Source: a bacterium
Lineage (GTDB): Bacteria; UBP6; UBA1177
Reading direction: 5' to 3'
DNA: 64,000 bases
Assembly: GCA_017645765.1 (NCBI GenBank)
Contig: JAGCNV010000058.1
Location: 57,778-121,777, forward strand
The notes under the pieces: model-generated
Told to the model about the DNA's origin: nothing
The model's database searches: none
The model's input: only the letters and a program-made list of their open reading frames with translations
In this document: positions 9,746 through 18,809 of the stretch, one piece after another
Layout of the letters: each line of letters opens with the position of its first letter
How positions within the stretch are numbered: the stretch's first letter is position 1
Made by a program: the position numbers and the translations under genes

Positions 9746-11860
9746 TTCCTGATGCAGTTTGGTTCTCTCGTCGTAAAGTTCTTTTGAAATGCGGGTGAAC
9801 GCTTCAACTACAACAGGGTCGAAAGCCTTTCCTGAGCCTTCGGTGATGATTTCCATTGCCTTTTCATAAGGGAACGACTTTTTGTAGACACGCTCGGCGA
9901 CAAGTGCATCAAAAACGTCTGCAACAGCCATAATTCGTGCCGCAAGCGGAATTTCCTCACCTTTGATTTTGGTCGGATAGCCTGTTCCGTCCCACTTTTC
10001 ATGGTGATACTGTGCCATTTCAATAGATTCTTTCAGGTAACCTTCATCCATATCGCTTGCATTTGTCTCAATCTTGGTGAGAATCTTTTTTCCTTCGGTA
10101 GTATGACTCTGCATGATTTTGAACTCCTCGTCGGTAAACCTGCCGGGTTTGTTCAATATCAGGTCTGAAATCGCGATTTTTCCGATATCATGAAGCGGTG
10201 CGGAGCGTTTCAGGACTTTTATGTAGGAATCGGTCAGAATATCTTTGAACTTCCCTTCTTTCCGCAGTTCTTTTGCTATCGCCTCAACGTAAAATGCCGT
10301 CTTTTTGACGTGGTTACCTGTGCTTATGTCGCGCGCTTCGACCATTTCAGCGAAGTTTACGATAATCTCTTCCTGCATATTAGTGATACGTTCGTTCTGT
10401 CTGTGCATCTGTGCAATGAAATTCAACGAATCACCGCCCATTTTCACAAGCGATTTATACAAATTCTCAATTTCGTCAAAAGTCCTGATATTAATGGCTT
10501 TAAGCGCTTCAAGTCCTGCATTTCCGCCCCGTTCCAGATTGAATGCGAACTGCATCGAAGCCATTGCCATGCGGTTGACCGGATATACGATACCGCGGTT
10601 TACGAACTCGAGGATTATGCTCATAATGATGATCGAAAGCCCGAAAAAAACCGAAATTAGTTTAATTACAAATTTCGCTTCGTCTGCGGCAATACTGCCT
10701 ATCGTAATGTCCGCTGCGACATAGGTCGAATCCTTGAGCGGTTTGTAAACAGTGAGAAGAGCTCCGTACTGGTCGTCTGAAATTATAGGTTCTATTTCTT
10801 CACCTTTAAAAAGTTTCGGCAGATACGGAACGAAAGTCGGGTCAAATTCTATAACTTCACCGGGCTGGCTCGCCTCGGCACCGCCTTCTGAATCGAGATC
10901 AAAGACGACATGGCAGCCGTCTTCCATAATTTTATACACATAAAGATACATCGTTTGCGGAAAACTCTCCTTTATCTTGTAGAGATTTTTCTCAATTTCA
11001 GAATATCCTTCCGCAGTTTTCCCTTTTTCAAGAAACTCGTCAAGCCGCTCGGAATCAATTACAACCGAGGCTGCTTTCGTAACACCGTTGGCTATATCGG
11101 TAAACTTGCTCAGCGCAACTTCCCTGTAAAGAAAAAAGCCTGTGCTTGTCGCCAAAGTTCCCAAAAGTATCTCGGCAACAATGACCATAACGACAACTTT
11201 TTTAATAAGAGAGCGTTTTATATTGTTTCGAAGCAGGAGCTGCCTGTATTCTCCGTCTGCATCAGGAAAAAACAGGAAAAGCCGTTGCGCCTTATCCTTC
11301 CACGACCAGGGCATCAGACGAAAAATGGCGATCGAATATACAACAACGATAGTTTTATCCAGGATATCGATAATAATGTCTGCCAGAAGCTGCGACGCGA
11401 ATTTGGAAAAACCGAGATGTTCGTAAATCGCAAGAGAAAACGGTGCCGAAATTCCCTCGCCGAAATCGTATCCGTAAAGAAAATATGTAAGCACAGAACC
11501 AAGACCTCCGCCAATAACGGCAAAAACAAGAATGGCAGCAATTATGCCGCCGATGTGCTTGAAGAAGCCGTTCCTGTGGAAAATCGCCGCCATGCAGCCT
11601 ATCAGAATGCTGATTAAAGCGTAATAAAACGTTGCCGTGTCGGATATTCCGTTGACTGCATTTACACAAAAGCCGACAATAACCGCAGGCATATTCCCGC
11701 CGATCATCGCCGCGACTACAGTGCCGATACTGTCCAGAAAAAGCGGCAGCTTCAATGCAAGCGCGATTTTTGACGGGATAAAGTTGAGCATAAACGCAAG
11801 AAAGATTACGGCAAATGCCATGAAGGCTCTGTTTTTAACAATTGACTTTAAAGTTTTCAT
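9737..11860 (-). CDS. Membrane-anchored HD-GYP domain phosphodiesterase (c-di-GMP signalling) with N-terminal multi-TM and periplasmic sensor region
   Basis: C-terminal HD domain with HDIGK ... HHEKWDGTGYP (HD-GYP signature). The N-terminal ~400 aa contain about 7 hydrophobic helices plus an extracytoplasmic domain. Confidence 0.85.
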   Translation of the reverse strand: MKTLKSIVKNRAFMAFAVIFLAFMLNFIPSKIALALKLPLFLDSIGTVVAAMIGGNMPAVIVGFCVNAVNGISDTATFYYALISILIGCMAAIFHRNGFFKHIGGIIAAILVFAVIGGGLGSVLTYFLYGYDFGEGISAPFSLAIYEHLGFSKFASQLLADIIIDILDKTIVVVYSIAIFRLMPWSWKDKAQRLFLFFPDADGEYRQLLLRNNIKRSLIKKVVVMVIVAEILLGTLATSTGFFLYREVALSKFTDIANGVTKAASVVIDSERLDEFLEKGKTAEGYSEIEKNLYKIKESFPQTMYLYVYKIMEDGCHVVFDLDSEGGAEASQPGEVIEFDPTFVPYLPKLFKGEEIEPIISDDQYGALLTVYKPLKDSTYVAADITIGSIAADEAKFVIKLISVFFGLSIIIMSIILEFVNRGIVYPVNRMAMASMQFAFNLERGGNAGLEALKAINIRTFDEIENLYKSLVKMGGDSLNFIAQMHRQNERITNMQEEIIVNFAEMVEARDISTGNHVKKTAFYVEAIAKELRKEGKFKDILTDSYIKVLKRSAPLHDIGKIAISDLILNKPGRFTDEEFKIMQSHTTEGKKILTKIETNASDMDEGYLKESIEMAQYHHEKWDGTGYPTKIKGEEIPLAARIMAVADVFDALVAERVYKKSFPYEKAMEIITEGSGKAFDPVVVEAFTRISKELYDERTKLHQEEK

Positions 11861-11875
11861 AGATATTCAACCATC

Positions 11876-12613
11876 TTAGATTATTGATAAAATCGACAAA
11901 GCTGAAAGTTCCTTCAAGCCTTCGTCCGTTAAAATTCCTATTACGGAAAAATCATCAGAAAATCCGGTGATCCTTCCATTTTCCCTTTTTATTAAATCCT
12001 GTGAAAACACTATGTTTTTTCCAGTCATCCAGCTTATTTTTTCAGCGTAAACATTAAAAATTTTATTACTTTGCGCAGAAAAGGCGTAATCGATTTTTTC
12101 TATAAGTTTATCCAGAACTTTTTCGCTTGAAACCTCAGCAAACTCTGAAACAGCAGTCGGTTTCCAGACAAAATTCTTTTCACGGTCTTCAGGCATGAAA
12201 ACATTCACGCCAATTCCGCAGACATAAAACCTTTTTCCGCCAAAATCCAAAATTTTTGCAATAATTCCCGATACTTTTCTAAAATCAATCAAAATATCGT
12301 TAGGCCATTTTATTTTCACTTTGTCAGGCTCTTTCACAAAAGAATCTGCCGCAAGAAATGAAGCGACAGCGCATCTCTGCGGAATGAAACCGACATTAAG
12401 TTCGTCAAAAAACGAGAGATAGATGTTCCCGTTGGCAACTGAGACCCACTTTTTCGCGTTTCTGCCGCGCCCAGAAGTCTGCGATTCCGCGACAACAATT
12501 CCTTTGCAGATACCTGATTTTATTAGATCTTCACAAACATCCATAGTTGAAGTCACTTCCTTGAAGCGGTAAATCCTTGCAAATCTGTTTCCTGGGAGAA
12601 AATCTTCCTTCAT
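11876..12613 (-). CDS. birA: Biotin--[acetyl-CoA-carboxylase] ligase (group I BirA, no HTH)
   Basis: ESQTSGRGRNAKKW matches the GRGRxGRxW biotin-binding signature. 245 aa. Confidence 0.85.
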   Translation of the reverse strand: MKEDFLPGNRFARIYRFKEVTSTMDVCEDLIKSGICKGIVVAESQTSGRGRNAKKWVSVANGNIYLSFFDELNVGFIPQRCAVASFLAADSFVKEPDKVKIKWPNDILIDFRKVSGIIAKILDFGGKRFYVCGIGVNVFMPEDREKNFVWKPTAVSEFAEVSSEKVLDKLIEKIDYAFSAQSNKIFNVYAEKISWMTGKNIVFSQDLIKRENGRITGFSDDFSVIGILTDEGLKELSALSILSII

Positions 12614-13804
12614 TTATTTCAACTCAATCAGAAAATCTTTGACTACAGCCATGTGCTGCATACTCGAAGCGCCGGAATCGTTTAGCTGCGCCGGAGAAAA
12701 ATATTCATTAAGTTCGCTCTCTTTCTTTTCGTAAACACGCGTGTCAAAAACGAGTCCGTTTTCAAAAATTTTTGTTTTTTCAGGATCTTTTGAAGAATAA
12801 TAAACAACGGGGATCTGGAATTCGTGCAGCGGATAGTCAGCTAAAACGAAATCATACTGCTTGTTTCTGTTCCTGTTTGTGTTGCAGTTATCTTCTTCAT
12901 CAACAGGATCGGGACCGCTGATATAAAAAGTGTTGTTTTTGCCGAATCCGTTTGATGAAACAGCAGAATCGCCGTTGAAATCGCCGCCTACGACATAGTA
13001 ATATCTGCCGGGATTCGACGATTCGAGTTTTCCGATTTCGTCAACAATAACCTGTGCCGCCTTGACTTGATCCGAAGCGGGATCCGTGTGAAGATGGACA
13101 CTTACCGCAAAAACATCTTTTTCACCGGGAATATCGACGACAGCCCACATCAGGGCGCGGTTATCTATATTCGGATCTTTCCAGTAACCATGCGAAGTTA
13201 TCGGATATTTGCTCACAACACCGTTCGGAATATCATAATCTGCATCATCAACGGCGTAGTAATTTGTTCCGACAATCTTCTGCGCGAAATTTTTGTAGTC
13301 GCTTGAGGTATTGCTGCCATAATTCATCTCCTGAACGAGTGCGATATCGGGCTTCAAAGCCTGAAAAATCCTTATTCCGTGCCCCGGATCGTAAGACTGA
13401 TTGTTCCCGCTCGTTATATTACCGGCAACAATTCTGATCTGAACGGAATCACCGTCAAAATCATCGGTTTCCTCAATTAAATCGGCATCGTCAACAATAT
13501 CAAAATCATCGCCGGTCGAATCCATGTCTTCATCAGTTGAAACATCGAAATCTTCGTCAGACTCAGCATCAGCATCTTCATCAACATAGTCGTAATCTTC
13601 AATAAAATCTGCATCTTCGTACGGCCGGACATCTGTTTCCGAACTATCGTCATTATCCGTTTCAGAATCCGAAATGTCGGCAACTTCGGGTTCCGTATCG
13701 GAATAATCATCGTCAACGGCGACCGTATTTCCGTGGGACATGCATGAAAAAATAAAAAACGCACAGAATAAAGTGCAGACAATTTTATAAATTTTACTTA
13801 CCAT
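12614..13804 (-). CDS. Secreted endonuclease/exonuclease/phosphatase (EEP) family lipoprotein with acidic linker
   Basis: Signal peptide with lipobox (FIFSCMS), then an Asp/Glu-rich region, then an EEP-like core (IRIVAGNITSGNN...ALVQEMNY...). Overlaps the neighbouring ORF by 7 nt, so the start may be slightly internal. Confidence 0.65.
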   Translation of the reverse strand: MVSKIYKIVCTLFCAFFIFSCMSHGNTVAVDDDYSDTEPEVADISDSETDNDDSSETDVRPYEDADFIEDYDYVDEDADAESDEDFDVSTDEDMDSTGDDFDIVDDADLIEETDDFDGDSVQIRIVAGNITSGNNQSYDPGHGIRIFQALKPDIALVQEMNYGSNTSSDYKNFAQKIVGTNYYAVDDADYDIPNGVVSKYPITSHGYWKDPNIDNRALMWAVVDIPGEKDVFAVSVHLHTDPASDQVKAAQVIVDEIGKLESSNPGRYYYVVGGDFNGDSAVSSNGFGKNNTFYISGPDPVDEEDNCNTNRNRNKQYDFVLADYPLHEFQIPVVYYSSKDPEKTKIFENGLVFDTRVYEKKESELNEYFSPAQLNDSGASSMQHMAVVKDFLIELK

Positions 13805-14505
13805 TTTGCCAACCTGTAATTTAAAAGAGAAATTATCACATAAACCAACAACAAAACTCCGGAGGAAACCGCCGAAAGCGGCATCACAAATGCAGGAAAA
13901 ACATTCAGCAGAGCGACAGACGCTGAAAGATAAAGTACTGAAATAATTATCGAAACAACAAAAAAACTCTTTTTTGAAGATTTATTTGACGCAACGATTT
14001 TAAAGACGAAATAAACACCGATAAGCATAAGAAAAATAAACGAGAAAAGCTGGAGTCTGATCTTTGATGCGGCGTACGAAGAGACAATATCCTCGATGTA
14101 CGGATTGGCTTCTGTGATCACGTCTTCCATATTTTTGACTTCACTCCAGTTTTCATAAGGGATCTTCATCGAATAAAGATAAATTTCCTTCACAGGAAGA
14201 GTTTCGTAATGGTTGAAAATCGACGAATCGAATGTCATTCTTTCACTCTGCACGGAAACAGAGCAAACCTTCATTGCAGAAATTTTTTCTTCGACAGGTG
14301 CTTTCTGCGTCGTAATAATTGTTACCGGAAAGCAGGAAACCATGTTTTCAAGATAAACAAAAAGATTTGCCTGCGCGAAAAAAAGGAGAAAAATCGTACA
14401 TAAAAAAAATATTTTTTTGCAGAAAGAGAGACAAAAAAACAGCTTGCCCAAAAAAGCACCTCCTAAAAACCTATGAATTATAGGAAAAAATTTATTAAAG
14501 TCCAA
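13798..14505 (-). CDS. Hypothetical membrane protein
   Basis: 235-aa ORF with several hydrophobic segments and no recognisable motif. Tightly packed in the same orientation as its neighbours. Confidence 0.45.
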   Translation of the reverse strand: MDFNKFFPIIHRFLGGAFLGKLFFCLSFCKKIFFLCTIFLLFFAQANLFVYLENMVSCFPVTIITTQKAPVEEKISAMKVCSVSVQSERMTFDSSIFNHYETLPVKEIYLYSMKIPYENWSEVKNMEDVITEANPYIEDIVSSYAASKIRLQLFSFIFLMLIGVYFVFKIVASNKSSKKSFFVVSIIISVLYLSASVALLNVFPAFVMPLSAVSSGVLLLVYVIISLLNYRLAKW

Positions 14506-14534
14506 TCTTGAAGGAAAGTATTTAAAGGAATTTT

Positions 14535-15659
14535 CTACTTTACGAAATCAACTATTCTCAGGGCCGCTTCCTTGATTTCAGCCGCATCTTTGGCAATACT
14601 TATCCTTATGAAATCATTGCCTTTTTCACTGAAATGAATACCCGGTACCGTTCCGACTTTTCTGCTTTCATACAAATCCATCGCGAATTTGAAGCCGTCA
14701 TCGAATTTTTCAGGAATCTTTGCCCAGACAAAATATCCGCCGTCAATCGGCGGCATATAAAAACCGCTTTTTTGAAGTGCCGAGTGCATAATTTCGAAAG
14801 ATTCCCGCACTTTTCCCCTCAAAAAAGCCAGATAATCCTTGCCGAAACCGTTCTTTTCCAGATATCCGGCAATCGCCGCCTGCAAAACTGAAGGTGTGCA
14901 AAGCCCTGTGTAATCGTGGATTTTTGCAAGATTTTCAATATGTTGTATCGATCCTACGATGTACCCAACACGCCAGCCCGTAATTGAAAGCATCTTTGAA
15001 AACGCCGAAACCACAAAAAGCGTATCGTCAACAAGTTCAAACGGAAGATACGGCTTTTCACCGAAGTATAAATCGCTGTAGACAGCGTCAAAAACAAGGT
15101 TTGCGCCGTATTTTTTGCAGATTTCGTAAAGCCTTGAGATTTCTTCCTTTTTCCAGATTTTTCCAAGCGGATTTCCCGGCGAGCAGAGCAAAACAAGGTT
15201 TACATTTTCACTTTTCACGCGGTTTTCCACCGAATCAAAATCAAAAGTTCCCGATTCATCAGGATATTCGCACAAAAAACTGTCACCGTAGATTTTCGGC
15301 AGATTGGCGTAACTTTCATAAACCGGATCAAAAGACAAAACCGTAAATTTTCCGGCCGTTTTCTGCCGCAGATAAAGATAAATCAACGAAATCGCCTCAG
15401 TTGCACCATTCGTGACGAGAACATTTTCTGCACTCATTCCGCTGTTTCCGCAAAGCCCCGAAGAAATAAGTTCACGCAGTTTCGGGTTTCCGTTTCCCGC
15501 CGGATACTGATGGATCGGAGTCTGTGCCGCTGAAACAAGTTCCGAAATGAGTTCTGCCGGCGGTTCAAAACCGGGAATTCCCTGAGCACAGTTGATACCG
15601 CCGTTCTTTTTTACAAGATTGCTCATAAAACTTATGAGCGAACCGTCAGGTCTTTTCAT
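14535..15659 (-). CDS. Pyridoxal-phosphate-dependent aminotransferase, class I/II fold
   Basis: SAFSKMLSITGWRVGY is the PLP-lysine SxSK...GxR motif region. N-terminus ...NGGINCAQGIPGF. 374 aa. Confidence 0.8.
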   Translation of the reverse strand: MKRPDGSLISFMSNLVKKNGGINCAQGIPGFEPPAELISELVSAAQTPIHQYPAGNGNPKLRELISSGLCGNSGMSAENVLVTNGATEAISLIYLYLRQKTAGKFTVLSFDPVYESYANLPKIYGDSFLCEYPDESGTFDFDSVENRVKSENVNLVLLCSPGNPLGKIWKKEEISRLYEICKKYGANLVFDAVYSDLYFGEKPYLPFELVDDTLFVVSAFSKMLSITGWRVGYIVGSIQHIENLAKIHDYTGLCTPSVLQAAIAGYLEKNGFGKDYLAFLRGKVRESFEIMHSALQKSGFYMPPIDGGYFVWAKIPEKFDDGFKFAMDLYESRKVGTVPGIHFSEKGNDFIRISIAKDAAEIKEAALRIVDFVK

Positions 15660-15662
15660 GAT

Positions 15663-16697
15663 TTAACCGAAAATATATGCAAGAATGAGTGTGGCCGTCG
15701 CCGTAAGCCCTTCGACATGCGTTCTTTCGTAGCCGTGGCTTGCGTTGACACCCTGACCGATAAGCGCGACTCTCGTATCGCTGCATGAGCGCAGAAGTGC
15801 CGAACCGTCCGAACCGTAAAACGGGAAAACATCGGTTTTGTAAGCGATCTTGTTTTTCTCTGCAAGATCAATGAGGGTGTTCGTCAAATCGTAGTTATAA
15901 GGACCGGACGAATCTTTCGCACAGATACTGACACATTTTTCGCTTCCGGCAGTTCCGCCGCCTACGACGCCCATATCGACAACAATGAGATCGTCTCCCT
16001 GCGGAGTCGCCGCGATTCCCTGCCCGGTTTCTTCGGTAACATTAAAGAAAAAAGAAACTCTGCTTTTAAGATTCTTCTCATTTTTCTTAATAATATCAGA
16101 AAGATAAACAAAAATCCCGGCAGAAGCCTTGTCGTCAAGATGACGCGAATTAACATAGCCGTCAACGTATCTGAAACCACAGTCTAACGAAACGAAATCA
16201 CCGACACTTATCAAATCGCTCAGTTTTTCACCTTTTTTCAGTGCGACATCAACTCTGAGCGAGCAGTTATCAAAATCAGGAACCATCTCTTTGAGCTTGG
16301 AATTTACGTGAACAGCCGGATTTTCGGGAAGGAATGTTGAAATATACTCTTTACCTTTGCGGGTGTGGATCGTGCAGATTTCACCGATTATATAAAGTGC
16401 CGGATAACCGCCGACAGTCGCAATTTTTACCCTTTCCGAATCATCGTCTACAGCCGTGACGATCGCACCGAGAGCATCAACATGAGCTGCGAAAAAAGTT
16501 CCCGGTTTGTCCTGTGGACCGAAAGAATAAATCACGGCACCTTTTTTTGTAACGGTGTATGAAATACCTTTTTTCTCAGCGTTTTTAACTAGAAAATCCT
16601 TGACTTTGCCGGTAAAACCGGTTGGAGACGGGATCTTTACGAGTTTTTCTATCGATTCAACGATTTTGTCACCTTTGATCTCACTGAGCAGTTTCAT
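15663..16697 (-). CDS. M42 family metallopeptidase (glutamyl aminopeptidase/FrvX-like)
   Basis: N-terminus MKLLSEIKGDKIVESIEKLVKIPSPTGF is typical of M42/M20-like peptidases. AAHVDALG metal-binding motif. 344 aa. Confidence 0.65.
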   Translation of the reverse strand: MKLLSEIKGDKIVESIEKLVKIPSPTGFTGKVKDFLVKNAEKKGISYTVTKKGAVIYSFGPQDKPGTFFAAHVDALGAIVTAVDDDSERVKIATVGGYPALYIIGEICTIHTRKGKEYISTFLPENPAVHVNSKLKEMVPDFDNCSLRVDVALKKGEKLSDLISVGDFVSLDCGFRYVDGYVNSRHLDDKASAGIFVYLSDIIKKNEKNLKSRVSFFFNVTEETGQGIAATPQGDDLIVVDMGVVGGGTAGSEKCVSICAKDSSGPYNYDLTNTLIDLAEKNKIAYKTDVFPFYGSDGSALLRSCSDTRVALIGQGVNASHGYERTHVEGLTATATLILAYIFG

Positions 16698-17898
16698 TTT
16701 TTCCCTCCGAATTATTTACAATATGCTGCCAGATATAATCTGCCACGATAGCGTTTCCTTTGTCGTTCCAATGAATGTCGTTCTTTATGAAAATAGATGA
16801 AATATCTTCATCGGACATCGCCTCAAAAGTATCAAAAAGCGAAATAAAATCAATATGATATTTGTCAGTATACTCTTTCCAGATATCATACTGTTTACGA
16901 CCGTTTTTATTATGCGCCTGAATCTCCCACGGCCATACTCCGATGTGGAGCTTTATCCCCTTCTCTTCACAAAGTTCACGAATAAGTTCAATATGTTTTT
17001 TAGCCGAAGCAATCCCTTTTTCGCCGTAAAGTTTCATCGCTTCATCGTCAAATGTCCAACGCGGTTTCCAACCGTAAAAATTAGCCAGCCCGCCCCAGAT
17101 CGGTGCGTTTTCATGATACGGATTAATCTGCATCGCAAAATAATCGGTTTTAGTACTTCTGTAAATGTATGAACCCTTAATAAAAAAGTTGTCGAGTTTC
17201 TGCCATTTTAACTCAGACTGAGAAAATTCTTTCGGCACGAAATAGTCGTAAACCACTTCATCAATAATATCGGAAATATCAATAAAAACATAAAGTTCAT
17301 CGATTTCCAAGCCCATTTCGAGAAAGTGTTTGAGTTTGAGGTAATAGATTTTCGGCGAATAACTTATTACTGCCGCGTTAAGAAGTTCGATTCCCTGTTT
17401 TTTAAAACGTTCCGATAAAATTCCCGGCACAGTCTGAGGCCACGGATAACCGACACCTTCCATAAAACTGTCACCCAAAATCATAATGCGCTTTCCGCTT
17501 TTTTTCAGCGGAACTTCACGGTCTGTCTCGTCAACAAAACCGAGAGAGTTTGTATAAACCTGATAGAATGAAACGCCGTCGCTTTTCCAAGAAGTCTTTT
17601 CATTGGCCATAGCCTTAAGACCGTGGTGATAAAAGTTGTCGGAGACTCTAAACGGATCGGCTTTGTTGAAAAGCATCGCTGCAACCGAATCAAAAAGCGC
17701 GATCAAAAAAAGAATAACGATAAAATTTATGCCGACGACCTTGAATGCAGTTCCTTTAAAAAACTTTTTCAGGATTAAAAAAAGCCCCAAAAATAAAAGG
17801 GCGACATAAAAAACAGGCGTTCCAACAACAAACATGGGCTGGATTTTATTCTTTCTAAAAAAAAATACCAGAAAAATCATACGAGACCGGCTTTTCAT
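16681..17898 (-). CDS. Membrane-anchored SGNH/GDSL-type hydrolase (esterase/acyltransferase-like)
   Basis: ILGDSFMEG (block I GDS) and NDIHWNDKG (block V DxxH). N-terminal TM helices. The start is chosen at the internal Met (MKSRSR...) to avoid overlap with the divergent neighbour; the track ORF extends to 17931. Confidence 0.6.
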   Translation of the reverse strand: MKSRSRMIFLVFFFRKNKIQPMFVVGTPVFYVALLFLGLFLILKKFFKGTAFKVVGINFIVILFLIALFDSVAAMLFNKADPFRVSDNFYHHGLKAMANEKTSWKSDGVSFYQVYTNSLGFVDETDREVPLKKSGKRIMILGDSFMEGVGYPWPQTVPGILSERFKKQGIELLNAAVISYSPKIYYLKLKHFLEMGLEIDELYVFIDISDIIDEVVYDYFVPKEFSQSELKWQKLDNFFIKGSYIYRSTKTDYFAMQINPYHENAPIWGGLANFYGWKPRWTFDDEAMKLYGEKGIASAKKHIELIRELCEEKGIKLHIGVWPWEIQAHNKNGRKQYDIWKEYTDKYHIDFISLFDTFEAMSDEDISSIFIKNDIHWNDKGNAIVADYIWQHIVNNSEGKNETAQ

Positions 17899-17998
17899 GG
17901 AAACTTCTGCACCCCACCGATATTTTGACAATAAAATTCAAGAATCCTTTTCATTGCGTATAATCACACGGTTTTTAGATTTTTTGGAAAAGACTGAG

Positions 17999-18754
17999 TT
18001 GAAAAAAAATCATTTTTTAGTAATCGCATTAGCCCTTTCGATTCTGCTTCACGCCTTGGCGTTTGTTTTCGCTCCAGAATTAAAAAGTGAAATAAATCCA
18101 AGTGATTACCTCAAGAAAATCACACGAATCTCGATTTTTCGGGACGACAGTAGCAGCGCACCGGAAAGTCGAAATGTCGAGAAGAAAAGCAGCGCGCCGG
18201 AAAATCGAAATATCGAAAAAAAACGCGCGCCGAAACCTCGAAATCTCGAAATATCGAAATCTCGAAATATCGATGAGAACAACAGCGCGCAAGATAGAAA
18301 TCTCGAAATATCGAAATCTCGAAATATCGATGAGAACAACAGCGCGCAAGATCGAAATCTCGAAATCTCGAAACCTCGAAATATCGACGACAAAAACAGC
18401 GCGCAAGATCGAAATATCGAAATATCGGAATCTCGAAATATCGACGACAAAAACAGCGCCCCGAAAACCGCAGGAGAACTTGCCGTGATTCCAAAGGCCA
18501 AAAACCCAAAAACCCCGCCCTACCCCGAAAGTCTTGAAGACGAAGGAATCGAAGGAAGCGTCACGCTTGAGCTTCTGATTTCGAAAGAAGGAAAAGTTTT
18601 AAAAGCAAAAGTTATAAAAAGTGACCACGAGCTTTTTTCGGAATCGGCTTTGCAGACAGTAAAAAACTACAGATTTTCTCCCGGGAAGCTGAAAGACGGC
18701 TCAGTGGTCGATTCGCTCATCGAATTTGTCATAAAATTTGAAATTTCCCTCTAA
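17999..18754 (+). CDS. TonB C-terminal-domain protein with internal 19-aa tandem repeats
   Basis: N-terminal TM anchor (HFLVIALALSILLHALAFVFAP), a repeat region (RNLEISKSRNIDENNSAQD x ~4), then a TonB_C-like C-terminus (PPYPESL...GIEGSVTLELLISKEGKV...VKNYRFSPGK). The track ORF starts at 17834. The probable start is a TTG near 17999 (MKKNHF...); an ATG at ~17897 is the alternative. Confidence 0.6.
   Translation: MKKNHFLVIALALSILLHALAFVFAPELKSEINPSDYLKKITRISIFRDDSSSAPESRNVEKKSSAPENRNIEKKRAPKPRNLEISKSRNIDENNSAQDRNLEISKSRNIDENNSAQDRNLEISKPRNIDDKNSAQDRNIEISESRNIDDKNSAPKTAGELAVIPKAKNPKTPPYPESLEDEGIEGSVTLELLISKEGKVLKAKVIKSDHELFSESALQTVKNYRFSPGKLKDGSVVDSLIEFVIKFEISL
18150..18470 (+). repeat. 57-bp coding tandem repeats (~4-5 copies) built on an 8-bp periodic TCGAAATN motif
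   Basis: aatctcgaaatatcgaaatctcgaaatatcgatgagaacaacagcgcgcaagat(a/c)gaa iterated. Produces repeat-like ORFs in all frames (18080-18509). Confidence 0.85.
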
Positions 18755-18809
18755 AACAATATAAAGGCGGCTTGTTTTTTCTGCTTTTTTGATTTTTTTG
18801 GAGGATTTT

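Noticed and set aside
5250-11617. Antisense ORFs inside alaS (5250-6095+, 5996-6424+), pepF (8314-9210-) and the HD-GYP gene (10910-11617+, 10190-10724+)
   Set aside because: Shadow ORFs of high-confidence conserved genes; no RBS and no recognisable domains.
760-18470. CRISPR array suspected at the tandem repeats (760-1195; 18150-18470)
   Set aside because: The repeats are contiguous without unique spacers and lie in frame inside coding sequences. No cas genes are in the window.
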